A stretch of 64,000 nt of DNA. Origin: Mobula hypostoma (lineage: Eukaryota). Positions 51,702-64,000 of the stretch are shown here, in pieces; position 1 is the stretch's first letter, and every line of letters starts with the position of its first letter. A program made the position numbers and the translations under genes. Under the pieces are notes generated by a model. It searched no databases. It was given only the letters and a program-made list of their open reading frames with translations, and was not told the origin of the DNA. The DNA lies in NCBI RefSeq assembly GCF_963921235.1, contig NC_086120.1, forward strand, positions 8,494,001 to 8,558,000, given 5' to 3'.

Positions 51702-53306
51702 CAGTTGCATGCGAAGATTTCGGCGCCCTTTGTCAAAATTTCTGTTACTGTGAATAGTTAAGTGAGTAGAAGATAAACTAATCTCCAAAAGTCATAAAGT
51801 TAAAGATGAAACATCATTTTCAACATGTTAAGCAAGATTAATGTCTTATTTTTGTTTTGTATAAGTTTAGAGTGGAAAAAAGGAAAGGAGAACAATGCAA
51901 ATGTTTGGGCACCCTGAAAAATTGAACGCTCAGATAACTTTTGCAAAGTTCTCAGACATTAATTAGCTTGTTATGGCTATGGCTTGTTCACAGTCATCGT
52001 TAGGAAAGGCCAGATGATGCAAATTTCAAAGCTTTATATAAACACTGACTCCTCAGACCTTGTCCCAAAAATCAGCAGGCATGGGCTCCTATAAGCAGCT
52101 GCCTAACACTCTGAAAATTAAAATAAATGATGCCCACAAAGCAGGAGGAGGCTGTAAGTAGATAGCAAAACGTTTTCACGTAGCCGTTTCCTCAGTTCGT
52201 AATATTAAGAAATGTCGGTTAACAGGAACGGTGGAGCTCAAGTTGAGGTCTGGAAGACCAAGAGAACTTTCCGAGAAAGCTGCTCGTAGGATTGCTAGAA
52301 AGGCAAAGAAAAAACCCCATTTGACTGCAAAAGACCTTCAGAAAGATTTAGCAGACTCTGGAGTGGTGGTGCACTGATCTTCTGTGCAGCGACACCTGCA
52401 CAAATATGACCTTCATGGAAGAGTCATCAGAAGAAAACCTTTCCTGCATCCTCACCACAATATTCAGCATCAGAAGTTTGCAAAGGAACCACTAAACAAG
52501 GCTGGTGCATTTTGGAAACAAGTCATGTTGACTAGTGAATTTAAAATGGAAATTTTTGGCCACAGTAAGCAAAGGTATGTTTGAGAAAAAAGAGTGCAGA
52601 ATTTCATGAAATGAACACCTCTCCAACTGTTAAGCACGAGAGTGGATCGATCATGCTTTGGGCTTGTTTTACAGCCTGTGGCACTGCGATCATTTCACTC
52701 GTAGAGGGAAGAATGAATTCAGTTAAATACCAGCAAATTCTGGAAACGAACATTACACCCTCTGTAAAAAAGCTGAAGATGAAAAGAGGATGGTTTCTAC
52801 AACAGGATAATGATCCTAAACACACATCAAAATCCATAATGGATTACTTCAAGAGGGGCAAGCTGGAGGTATTGCCATGGCCCTCACAGACCCCTGACGT
52901 AAACATCATTGAAAATCTGTGGATAGACCTCAAAAGAGCAGTGCATGCAAGACGGCCCAAGAATCTCACAGAACTAGAAACCTTTTGCAAGGAAGAACTA
53001 GCGATGATAACTCAAACCAACATTGAAATACTCTTAGCTGGCTACAGAAAGCACTTACAAGCTGTGATACTTACCAAAACGGGGGTAACTAAATATCGAC
53101 CGTGCAGGTTGTGCAAACCTTTGCTTCGGGCCCTTTTCCATTTTGTTATTTTGAAACTGTAAAAGATGGAAATAAAAAAGTAATCTTGCTTAAAATATTA
53201 AAGAAATGTGTCATCTTTAACTTTATGCCTTTTGGAAATCAGGTCATCTTTCACTTGCAGTAACAGAAATTTTGACCAGGTGTGCCCAAACATTTGCATG
53301 TCACTG
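51702..53306 (+). mobile_element. Tc1/mariner DNA transposon with defective transposase
   Basis: TA|CAGTTG..CACTG|TA; 1605 bp; transposase from 52081 with FLQQDNDPKH and WPSQTPDVNIIENLW; stops and frameshifts. Confidence 0.92.
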
Positions 53307-53799
53307 TAGGCCCTTCCAGCTTTTAATCCGCATAGCCAAGGACCCCTGATTTTGCTGTAACCTAATAATTTGCAATGACCAATTAACCTGTTACCAGAAT
53401 TAGAATCAGAATCAGAGTCAGGTTTAATATCACCTGCATACGTCGTGAAAGTTCTTGTGTTTGTAACGGTAATACATTGCAAAACATTGTCTTACACGCT
53501 ATAATTATGATGAGGTGCATATGGAAAAATAAATTAATGAGTACTGCAAAAAGAGAAGAATAAAAATGCTGATGAGTTCATTGTACATTCAGAAATCTGA
53601 CGGCGGATTGGAAAAAGCTTCCAAAATGGTTTGTGAGTCATCAGGCTCCCGACCTCCTCCTGATGGTAGCAGTGCGAAGAAGACATGGCCTGGTTGATAA
53701 AGGTCATTAATAAGAGATACCACCTTTTTGAAGCATCACCTTTTGAAGCTGTTCTAATGCATGCTAATGATGAGGCTGGCTGAGTTACCAACAGAATCA

Positions 53800-54212
53800 A
53801 GAAACTCATTCATAATGCCAGTGATGTTGTGGGGATGGAACTGAACTCTCTGACGGTGGTGTCTGAAAAGAGCATGCTGTCCAAGTTGCATGCCATTTTG
53901 GACAATGTCTCCCATCCACTACATAATGTACTGGTTGGGCACAGCAGTACACTTAGCCAGAGACTCATTCCTCCGAGATGCAACACAGAGCGTCATAGGA
54001 AGTCATTCCTGCCTGAGGCCATCAAAATTTAGAACTCCTCCCTTGGAGGATCAGACACCCTGAGCCAATAGGCTGGTCCTGGACTTATTTCCTGGCAAAA
54101 TTTACATAATAATATTTAACTATTTATGGTTTTATTACTAATATTTATGGCGCAACTGTAAAGAAAACCAATTTCCGCCGGGATCAATACAGTATGACTA
54201 TGACTATGACTA
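53800..54212 (+). mobile_element. L2/Rex-Babar-type LINE 3' end
   Basis: KLHAILDNVSHPLH..RCNTERHRKSFLP; (atgact)n tail. Confidence 0.7.
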
Positions 54213-55701
54213 ACTTTCTGCAGTTTTTCTCCGATATTGTGCAGTGGCCCCTCCAAACTAGATAGTAATGCAATCAATCAGAATGCTCCAAATGGTCAAT
54301 CTGTAGAAATTTGCAAGTGTGTTTGGTACAATATGAATTCTTCTCAAACTCCCAATGAGATATAGCTGCAGTCGTGCCTACTTTATAGTTGAATCAATAT
54401 GATGGGCCCAGGATAGATTTTCGGAGATGCTCACACTTCTGATCCGCAATTGACGACTCTTGCATGTTCCCCCGACATCCCCTTCCTGAAGGCCACAATC
54501 AATTCACTGGTCTTACTGACACTGAGTGCAAGGTTGTTGCTGCAGGACCACTCAACGAGCCGATCCATCTCCCTCGTGTTCCCCTTACCGTCACTCTCTG
54601 AAATTCTGCAAACAGTAGTTATGTAATCAACAAATATATACATGGCATTTGAGCTGTGCCTAACCATATAGTCATGGGTGTAGAGAGAGAGTAGATCACT
54701 GGGCTAAGCCCTAATCTTCCAGGAGCACCTATGTTGATTGTTAGTGAGGAGGAGATGTTATCTGCGATCTGCGCAGTCTGTGGTCTTCCGGTGAGGAAGT
54801 CAATTTCAAGATCAAGTTTGCGGTTGCCGAGAGAGATACAGAGTTCAAGATTTAGTGATTAGAACCTGTTCATCTTTAGACTTGGAGGAAATTGGAGCAC
54901 CCTGGAGGCGAGCAAATGTTCAGTGCCATCTAGCAGCTTCTCACTCGCTGATTCAGGAGAAGGTGTTTGCATGTGACGGTCTCTTCGTCACTGCTCCCGA
55001 AGGAAGGCCCATGCGTTCCAATGGACTCTCTGTTCGATGCTGCCGGAGGATGGTAGCGAAGTCCTGGGCCAGAGATTTATGAATTGGACTGTAGTTCAAT
55101 TTGACATCTTTCTCTTCTTTGAACAGATTCCGTGATTTTATTTGTTTCATAGCTGTCTGGAAAAGACAAAATCAGAGTTCGACACTGCATACATACTTTG
55201 ATAATAAATGTACCTTCAGCCATGAAACGAATTCAATGGGGAGGGCATTCAAACACCTTGCAAATGACATTCCAATTGAACTTTGAACTATAATAACATT
55301 CAGATAACCATAACACTGGTTTTCCTCTCATTTTGTCCGCATCTCCTTCCCGCTTTCTCACTTACTTCTGTCTGTCCGTTATCTGATCATCCATATATCT
55401 CCACTTATCACCTGATAGCCTTTGTCCCACCTTCCCTTTTACTGCTATACACTGGTAGCATTTCCTGATCCTTCTCCGTTATGATATTTGTTCTCTGCTC
55501 AAAACATCAACATAGACCTTTTGCCTTCACAGGTGCTGTTTGACCTGCTGTATTCTTCCAGGATTGCGTTTTTTGTACCCTTGAATAGTGATGTTTTATG
55601 TGTTCACAGGGACAACTGACAAAAACCTCATTGTTTTAACAACACACATCAAAGTTGCTGGTGAACGCAGCAGGGCAGGCAGCATTTCTAGGAAAAGGTA
55701 C

Positions 55702-55737
55702 AGTCGACGTTTCAGGCCGAGACCCTTCGTCAGGATT
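55702..55737 (-). ncRNA. Second hammerhead motif copy (weaker stem I)
   Basis: Reverse complement aatc-CTGACGA-AGG..CCT-GAAA-CGTC-gact; one mismatch in stem I. Confidence 0.55.
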
Positions 55738-55817
55738 AACTGAAGGAAGAGCTAGTAACAGATTTGTTTTAACAAGTCTGTTGTTTGCATATCCTCCACT
55801 AATTTTCTCTTCCTTGC

Positions 55818-56430
55818 CTTTAAGGGGCAGAAGCTCTTTGTTCAGATCTATTGGTTCAGTGATGCCAATTAACTATAGGCAGCTCAACTGGTGAATGCAC
55901 ACTGTCTGGTCACTTCAGGCATTTTTTAGGCATCATTTGTTCCCCTCATGTACTCATCTATATTTCACACTGAACCTGGGTCAGCAGCTTTGCTTAATTG
56001 TAATGGTGGAGTGACGATATGCTGTATAAATAGATTCAAATTGTGGTGGAAATATAAATTTTTACTGCTGCGGATTCCCAATGCATCATGGGCTAATTCT
56101 GAGAAGCCAAATCTATTTTAAAACCATCTGATTCAGTATATTTGTGCTGCTACAGAACACCAACTTTTAAGACACCAACCAGAGTACATACTTTACTTTT
56201 TCTACACAGTGTGCTACTTTCACCTTGCATTCACTATAATGGATAATTTATTTATCTTTGACACTGAATCCTAGATTGATAATTAATGCTTCCCTTGTCC
56301 ACAACCAGTATCCCACGAAATTCCCTGAAACCTGGACCTGAAACAGTTGACCATTCTGAGTAAACACACCACATTCTCTGCTCTAAGCTGACTCTGCAAT
56401 TGAACCTGTATCTTAATTGAGGCTGCAGTG
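55818..56430 (-). pseudogene. Cluster of exon-like segments (block B paralogs)
   Basis: 25 nt (56406-56430), 101 nt (56224-56324) and 70 nt (55818-55887, GC donor, internal TAG). Confidence 0.35.
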
Positions 56431-58615
56431 CTGAGAGTAAAGACAATTTATTCAAGTGGTAATAGAATAAATTCTTATAATCAAATATTACAATGAAAAC
56501 TGAGGGATTGTTATTTAGCAAAGCACATAATCAGGTTATTCAGCCCATTGGATTTATCTAAGATCCCGATAAAACAACCCCTTTGATGCCAGTTCCATTC
56601 CCCTCACACATGCATTCAAGCTCCCTTTGATTCTTTTCTTTCTTCATTGCTCCGAGGGAAAAATTTCAGTACCATAACTGTGCTGTGCAACGAACATAGA
56701 GCATCAGTGGGAAAGTCAAGCAGTCACAGACAGAACATACAGATATCACATTGACAAGCTCAGGATCAAATCCAGGTCAATGAAGCTGTGAGTTATCAGA
56801 CCAAGAGACAAGCCTCACGTGTAACCAAAGCATTTTTGACCCTACCCTCCCAATGAATGGCCCACTGTTTCTTTAGGAACTAGATGGGAATAAGGGGGAA
56901 CTTGTGCAGCCCTGGGACTGTTAAGTTCAGCTTTACTCTGCACTGTTTTGCCAAAAGCAGCTGCATTCCAAACCAGTGGTCTGATCAATTGTAGGATAAC
57001 AATTGGACGATCGGGGGTGGGGAAGGTTATGCAAACAGATTTATTCCACCCATTCTGTAGCAAACTACTGAATGACAGATTTCACAGCTGATCATAATCT
57101 TGAAAATTGTGCAGGTTCCGAAATCCAGCACAGCTCCTGTGGTCTGAGATGGATGAGAAGGGATTGAGTTGGAAGAGTGTGAGGCCTGGTGTCATGCAAA
57201 TAACTTTTTTACAGAAACAGCGTGGTATCTATGTAAAATGTGGAGCCAGACCCAGAGGAAGATGCTGAAATATACCCAGTAGCAAATCTTAAAAGAGAAT
57301 TGGGCAGGAAAATGGATTAGAAATGTTGAGAATGTTATGGGCAAATAGGACCCAATGGAGATGTAGGTAAAGATCTTATTTGGTATAGGCCAGTTGGTGT
57401 AAGGAGGCTGTTACTCTGTAGTCTGACTCTGTGAACTTTATGCATTCAGAATATGTCAGCTCTCATACTTTGATATTTTCCAAGCACCTGGATGTAAATG
57501 CAATTTTCTACCATTGGTCTGACCAACTGCACAACATGTCTACAAAAGCAGATGAGAGGTTGCAATCTTGCAGCGAGTAAGTCAGCTCCGAACTCACCAA
57601 ATCCAATCTACCAACTGCAAAGCTCAAGGCAGTCATGCGATGGAATGCTCTCCAGTTGTCTGGATGAGAACAGCTTCAACAATACTCAAGAAGATCAAGA
57701 CCATAAGTACTCATATGTGCCTGGCTAAGCCTGTCTTGTTGTTGGCTATGTGGAACAGTCTTCAACCCAAACTTACTCCAGCATCGCTGCCAACTTCTTG
57801 CATTGCACTGATAAACACATCAATAATGTATTCTGATTTCATGCAGAACTTGCCAATTTCACGATTGTTGCCACACACTTTTACACTCCCCTTTAACGAT
57901 GATCATATCTGTTAACACCTTTCTGGTGAAAAAGAAGTAGTTAATGAGCTCAGACACAGATCCACATTTTGATGAGTCACACATTAAACCCGTTGAAAAC
58001 TACTGCGAAATCATTTTATGGCAAGCAACTAGTTCCAATTGCTGCGGTCTCCGTTTTAGCTTTTCCATTGGAAGCGATTATTTCAAATGGTACCACGTGC
58101 ACTGTATTTTCTTTATATTTTGTTTGTATCTTTATTTGGAGTCTTGGCAATCCTGTGTTTTTGCTCAGCTTGTGACGTCAAACTAACTGCAGTAGTAATC
58201 ATTGAAATACACGGATCACTTGAATAATCACACATTTTTTGAACGTTGTTAGGCGGTGACAGGCCAGTGAAAGCTATTTTTTTTAAAGAAACCTCAGAAC
58301 AACTACGACAAATAACCCTAGTCACAATTGTCCCACCAAACATTATCTCTATTAATGTTTTCTCTGCATCTCGATCTTCTCTATGAAGTTCACTGCCTGA
58401 ATGTCTCAGTGTATGAGAATTCCTTTACTCGTCTTCTCTTCTTCATGTAGCTTTCCAATAGATTTCTAAAATACTTTGAGCAGTCATTGTGTACGCTTTG
58501 ATTAAACCGTGGAGGGATGAAGCTTTTAAGAATTTGCTGGAAGATGTTGTAGGTCTCTAACTATGTTCCAGGAAAGCAAATAACCATGGATGTTTCCTCA
58601 TTAGTGACTTTCAAT

Positions 58616-58767
58616 CATTCTCCATGAATGGCTGTGGAAGTAAATTAAGAGAAAAAATGACAGTTAAATTAGATGTTGTTGTCCAGCTCGACTCGCTCAG
58701 TATTTCTCAAGATTTGGATGATGAGCGTGACAGGATGATAAGTAGATGCCTCCTTGTTTGTGCTCAC
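58616..58767 (+). repeat. Left copy of the ~150-bp direct repeat flanking the LTR element
   Basis: Matches 63092-63245 with about 16 substitutions and one 2-nt indel (manual count). Confidence 0.85.
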
Positions 58768-59861
58768 TGTAGCCTCCTGGTAAGCCTCAGGCTCACTCAG
58801 CTCACTTCCGTCTAGGGGGAGCAGCTTTTGGTCCCGCCAAACTGGGTAATCAAGTTTGTGTGGATGCTGCGTGTTGTATCCCCTGTGTAACACCAGTACC
58901 CCAAAATAACATTCAGTCCACAATGAGCCGTTAAACGATTAAGATTTTATATTTAAGTATGGGGGCCTAGTAGAGAAACAAAAGAAAAGGAAAACAAATA
59001 AAAGGTGCCAATAATCTCATAAACATGACCAGTGCACAAACGTTGGAGCCCACGGATTCCCTTTTGCTGATCCTCCTTCGGTCGTCGTTGACTCTTGCAC
59101 TCCCTTCCTTAGCCCAGGTCCAGCAGTTCCTGTAACTGTCTTCTCAAGCTATGTCTTCTCTCTTCATCCTCTTCGTACCTTTTCCCCCCGAAGCCCGTGC
59201 AAACTAACAGCTTTCACACAGACAGAAAGAATAACGTCTATCCCAATTGGTTAATAACTGAATACAAGTTCCATTATCACTAATTATAATCCAAACATAC
59301 TGCTATAGAGAATCAATGTCTCAGCAGTTAACAGTACACATAAGCCATTTTATTCATGTCAGCAGTGACATAAAAAAATGTACCCCTACACTCTCCTACC
59401 ACCAAATTTAGTCATGTCCTTATGACTTCGAAATAACTCGCCAACACTTCCTGCAGACACAAAAACCCAAACAGTAGACCTTACGCCCTGTTCCACAGGC
59501 GCTACATGGGCCAACATATCTGAGAGTTTCCTAATCCTCCTAGACATCCATAACCCCTCATCTAAACCCTTCCGGCTCGGATTCAACTGGAGATACCTCG
59601 GGTCTGCTTGGCAACTCCTCTCTCAATCCCTCACTCATGCCCCGAATGCAACTAGGAACCACCTGTCCCGTGTCCGGGTCACCACTTCTTTTCCTTCAGG
59701 GTCCTATAGTAACCCAGACTGCCCACAGCTAGCCCTCCCCACTACACCTGACTCAGTGGGAGAAGGGCCAAAAGTCTCTTCATCAATCAAGGGGAAGTTA
59801 GCGAAAGGCAGCATGTACACACATCCCGCACGTCATCCGTCGAATCCGTATTTTTCGTCAT

Positions 59862-60224
59862 TTCCTCGATCGGTAGCTGCTGTTTAATTTTCTCCAAACT
59901 GAAGCACTTAGACTGGGCGGCCTCTGCAGCCTCTTCAACCTCCTGTAATCGAGTCGTCAGCTTCATCTCTGACTCCTCCAACTCTCGCCGCAGTCTCAGC
60001 AGTTCTGACCCACGCTTCGTGTCCATCTCCATCTGGGATGCAGTTATCCCACCAACTTCTTCCAATCTGTCTGGATCGATTTTTTTGAGTTTCTGCTGAT
60101 CCTTTCAAAGTCTGGTCATTGTTTCGTTTCTCCGGATTAATTCATCGGTAAATAACCGCTATTTCTGCTTGGATTTCTGTTTCCCGGTCTCCACTTTGCC
60201 GAGCGTGAACTCCAGTTCTTCAGT
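59862..60224 (-). pseudogene. MYH: Captured sarcomeric myosin heavy chain rod fragment
   Basis: ELEFTLGKVETGKQKSKQK*RLFTDEL..ETMTRL*KDQQKL, then [33 protein letters not shown], then [30 protein letters not shown]; three separate rod segments of myosin II. Confidence 0.85.
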
Positions 60225-61239
60225 GGTTGTCCCATGCTGCGGCACTCGCCTCACATCATAGTCTTCCAAGGTGAATCCAAACCCTATGCGATCATCCACA
60301 TACATCAAAGCTCCAAACACCTCCACATCCCCCATGGTCTTCCTCATTCCCCGCAGAAAGGTTGCAGGGGCTCTAGATATGTCCTGGGGCATCTTTTCGG
60401 ACCAGAAGAATCCTAGGGGACCTATAACGGCCGGGTTTCTCATTGTTGGCCTCACTCATCGGGATCTGGCAACATCCACTCCTCAGATCCAGCACATTAA
60501 ACCACGTCGCACCACACAAACAGACAATAGCTTCCTCGGCCCTCAGGGCTGTATTCTGGTCAACGACAATGCGCCTGTTCAGAGTCCTATAATCCACACA
60601 CACGCTGACGACGTCTTCCACAGCTACAGGGCCCAGTCGCCGCAACCTCTCTCTCACCGAGGTGTCTTCAGCGGTCAACTCCCCCACCCCCCCCCCACCC
60701 CCGCGTGGTAGGTCGGAGCATCCCCTAAAAGGGTTTCACCCTCAGATACTTCCCCCAGGCTGTACCACCATCGGCTCTCGTTTAAATTCTGTACCGGCCC
60801 AATGATGCTACACACGTCCTCACAAGCAGCTCAAAACACTGGGTGCACAGACAACGCCCCGGAACAGATCTCACCCGCCTCTTCCTGGCAGGCCCCCTTG
60901 CGCCTCCTCATCAGCGGGTTGTTGGTCCTGTCCAGAATCGAAACGCTGTCCGACTCAACAGTGTTCCGGACACATCAGCACTAACGATTCATGAACATGT
61001 CACACCTCCACCTTAGCTTCCGAAAACTCCAGTTTCACTGACCCATAATCGTCTTCTGAATAATCCCTAGCATTGATATTCCGAATTTCCAGAGCCTTGA
61101 ATGGTGTCGAGAGCAAATGCTTCAAATACCGGTTGCAAAACGAACTGTGCAGCAAATTAACATGCACCACGGTGTCAAGGATGGCTTTAGCATAGCTTCC
61201 ATCTATCCGTAACGACACACACGGGCGTAGGCCCTTTAA

Positions 61240-61580
61240 AAGGCTGATTTATACTGCTGCGTCAACTCAATGCGGTAGTTTCGACGTAACCGCGAACCCT
61301 ACGCAGTGTAACGTGGTTCCCTACGCCGTAGCCTGACGTGCACCCATTCCAAAATGCAATTTCGCGTCGCAGCAACGCAAACCGCAACAACTGTGATTGG
61401 TCCGCTTGGTAGCATTGCATTTCCTCTTGCACCGCAATGGCTTCGCATTGGCCGACTGAAGGGCAGGGAAAGACCTCTGGCTGCAATGCTTTCCATAAAG
61501 ATTTACAGACCTCTGAAATTATGGAGGATACATTTCACTTTTACAAAAAGAGACGCTCGCATTAAACTTGTTGACCCGGA
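61240..61580 (+). mobile_element. Possible PIF/Harbinger-type MITE fragment inserted in the LTR element
   Basis: Starts aaggctgatttatactgctgcg after ttaa, resembling fish Harbinger TIRs from memory; no matching right end found. Confidence 0.4.
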
Positions 61581-63091
61581 GTTCCTTGGTATATTGCTGG
61601 GAACGTGTTCCCCCAGAGACCCCAAGCCGTTCCCCCACTGGGCCTACACTAAGTTTCCCGACACTTCTCTGATCAGCTGAACAACTGAGGGAGGGGCTGA
61701 ACCCTTTAAATGATCCCCCTGGCAGTGCAAACAATTTAGCTGCCCTCCTAGCCACAGAAGATACACTGAAAGCTTTTCCCCAATCTCTGGACACAGGTAT
61801 GGAAAGACCCCCAGATGCTGCATTTTACTTCCAGTCGAACCAAATGTATTTTCCTCCGCTAACATATAACTGGTAGCTGTCGCTACGGAGTAATTGAACC
61901 TGACAGTTCTGACATTGTCAACAGCCCACCTATCCAAACTTCCAACAGAACCCTGTCACTTTCCCTCTGCCAAACACTGCCACTCATCTAACAACTGTGA
62001 AGTCCGCTCCGCCCACGCCTCCACCCCTTTAGGGGTGAATGTTATTCCAAAGACCAGGCCATAGATGGACCATTCAGACCACTCTTTCCCCTCCCTCCTG
62101 ACAGTATTGACAGCCCCTGGCCCCGCCCCATCGGGGCACCAACAGACACTGGCGATCCCACCTCCGTGATGTCAGCGCAAGCCCGCCTGAAGCAAGGTCT
62201 GAGACCGCCAATTTATCAAACTTTTGCGCTACGGTTTCAACTTCACCATCTGCTTTAACCGCACTGAAAAATCGAATTCACAATTCATCCAAGGTACGAA
62301 TATCCACCCCACTCAATCTGTTACTAACCGTAATCCCACAGAGGTACACAATACTAACTGTAATCCTACAGGGAGACACGTTACTGACAGCAATCCCACA
62401 AAGACACAGCAGCACTAATTTAAAAATGGCAATCACACAGCACCCTACAAAAATCCACATCCTGGACGATAGCCGCCACAATGTAGCCCCCTGGTAAACC
62501 TCAGTCTCGCTCAGCTCCCTTCCGTCTAGGGAGAGCAGCCTTCGGCCCTGCCAAACTGGGTATTCAAGTTTGTGTGGATGCTGTGTGTTGTGTCCCCTGT
62601 CTAACATAAGTACCGAAAAATAACACTCAGTCCACACTGTGCTGTTAAATGATTAAGCTTTTATATTTAAGTATAGGAGTTAGTAGAGAAACAAATGAAA
62701 AGGAAAACAAATCAAAGGTGCCAACAATCTCATAATCATGTCCAGTGCACAAACGTTGGAGCTCACAGATTCCCTTTCGTTGATCTTCCTTTGCTCGTCG
62801 TCGACCCCTGGGCCCCGTCCCCTCAGGCCCCCCAATGGGTCCGGCAACTGTCTCCTCAAGCTACGTCTTCTCTCTTCATCCTCTTTACACCGTCTTCCCT
62901 CGAAGCCCTCGCAAATTAACAGCTTTCACACAGACAGAAAGAATAACATCTATCACAATTGGTTAACTATTGAATACAAGTCCTGTTATCACTAATTATA
63001 ACCCAAACATACTGCTATAGAGAACCACTGTCTCAGCAGTTAACAGTACAGAGAAGCCATTTTATTCACCTTAGTGGTAATATAAAAGAAA

Positions 63092-63245
63092 CATTCTCCA
63101 TTCATGGCTGTGGAAGTAACTTAAGAGAAAAAAAATAAAAGTTAAATTAAATGTTGTTGTCCAGCTTGACTAGCTCAGTATTGCTCAAGATTTGGATGAT
63201 GAAGGTGACAGGATGATATGCAGATGCCTCCCTGCCTGTGCTCAC
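63092..63245 (+). repeat. Right copy of the ~150-bp direct repeat
   Basis: See 58616-58767. Confidence 0.85.
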
Positions 63246-63627
63246 TAACAAGAGCTGGAAATAGATCATGACAGTGGTGAGGTTTTGTTGACCTTTGTTC
63301 TGGACTGTCTAGCTAATAGAGGAACTGATTGCACACGTACACTACCAATTTTATGTATCGTGCAGGAATATTTGTAAACTGGCTGATACCTAAAAAGAGC
63401 TTCTCGAAGTCGCTGACTAATTATCTTTAACTGTTGGCTGTTGCCGAAAATTTACTGAATAATTTTAAGATGTAACCTGACATTGGCGGAGTTGTGATCT
63501 CGCAAAAGAGAGTTAAACATACACCAAAGTCTGTGTCTTTAATTCTGTTTCATAATAGGGTAAATTTTCTTACAGTAAAATAGGGTAAAACAGGGCAATC
63601 TGGTGACAAAATTCTTTGACAGTACTT

Positions 63628-63647
63628 TGGGGACGAGGATGGGATCC
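63628..63647 (+). mobile_element. Primer-binding site (tRNA-Ser GCT-like) of another LTR element running off the window
   Basis: TGGGGACGAGGATGGGATCC matches TGGCGACGAGGATGGGATTC at 18/20 positions; it follows ..tttgaca. Confidence 0.5.
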
Positions 63648-64000
63648 CTACGATATGGGATTCCGAAGGAACCCATCCATGATACTTGCTTGAAAAGATA
63701 GAAGTTCGCTCGAGGAAGAGGGGTGAAGACCGGACACGGATGCCTGAGCTGTCCCACACCAGCTTGTGACCACCCCTGAGTTCGAGTAGAGGAACAAGAT
63801 GATGACTGGAAGAAGGGACATTGAAGGCTCCGGGAGAATACATTTAGATTAAAAGATAAGAGAAGAAACTACGGTGTGTGGTAGATGATTGGCTAACCAT
63901 TGGGGCGAAGGGATTGTAAATAATATCTGTAAAGAATATTGGATCTTATATAGTTGTTAAAAGATGGTTTTAATAGTAACTGGAGTAGGAAATAGGTAAA

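Larger units (their letters stand above)
51612..57632. repeat. Segmental duplication block B
   Basis: Collinear with 27090-35610; carries its own Tc1, L2/Rex and hammerhead-element insertions and lacks the 32.6-34.5 kb part of block A. Confidence 0.85.
58768..63082 (-). mobile_element. Internally deleted Gypsy LTR retrotransposon with both LTRs
   Basis: LTRs 58768-59370 and 62481-63082; Pro-like PBS TGGCGGCTATCGTCCAGGAT next to the right LTR; RT pieces [17 protein letters not shown] and LMYVDD; degenerate protease AILDT. Confidence 0.88.

Noticed and set aside
58113-58343. Cys-containing ORF suggestive of a Ly6/three-finger domain
   Set aside because: Cys spacing does not fit, and there is no CCxxxxCN end or signal peptide.
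1-64000. CRISPR arrays, operons, rRNA or tRNA genes
   Set aside because: None seen; the sequence is vertebrate with spliced genes, and the tRNA matches are only primer-binding sites.

Overview
Eukaryotic, repeat-rich DNA, most likely from a cartilaginous fish (ray/skate-like; inferred from a pre-joined Ig light-chain gene and the CR1/L2/Penelope-type repeat content). The only clearly intact host gene is an immunoglobulin light chain of the sigma type (+ strand, 7872-9828): octamer/TATA promoter, leader exon, a V and J already fused in frame with no RSS, and a C exon ending in Cys. Its J-C intron starts with a GC donor followed directly by an in-frame stop and AATAAA, and contains a sense-strand minimal hammerhead ribozyme motif. 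Downstream lie diverged tandem blocks (about 11.5-12.1, 15.2-17.5, 27.1-35.6 and 51.6-57.6 kb) carrying exon-like relics of an unidentified minus-strand gene, plus three pieces of an apparently intronless USP35-like pseudogene. The rest is mostly transposons: CR1, RTE, L1, Tx1, L2/Rex, Tc1, sushi-type and Gmr1/SCAN-type Gypsy. One LTR element (58.8-63.1 kb) carries an apparently spliced myosin heavy chain fragment and is flanked by a ~150-bp direct duplication. All alignments and family assignments were done by eye and from remembered protein sequences; no searches were run.
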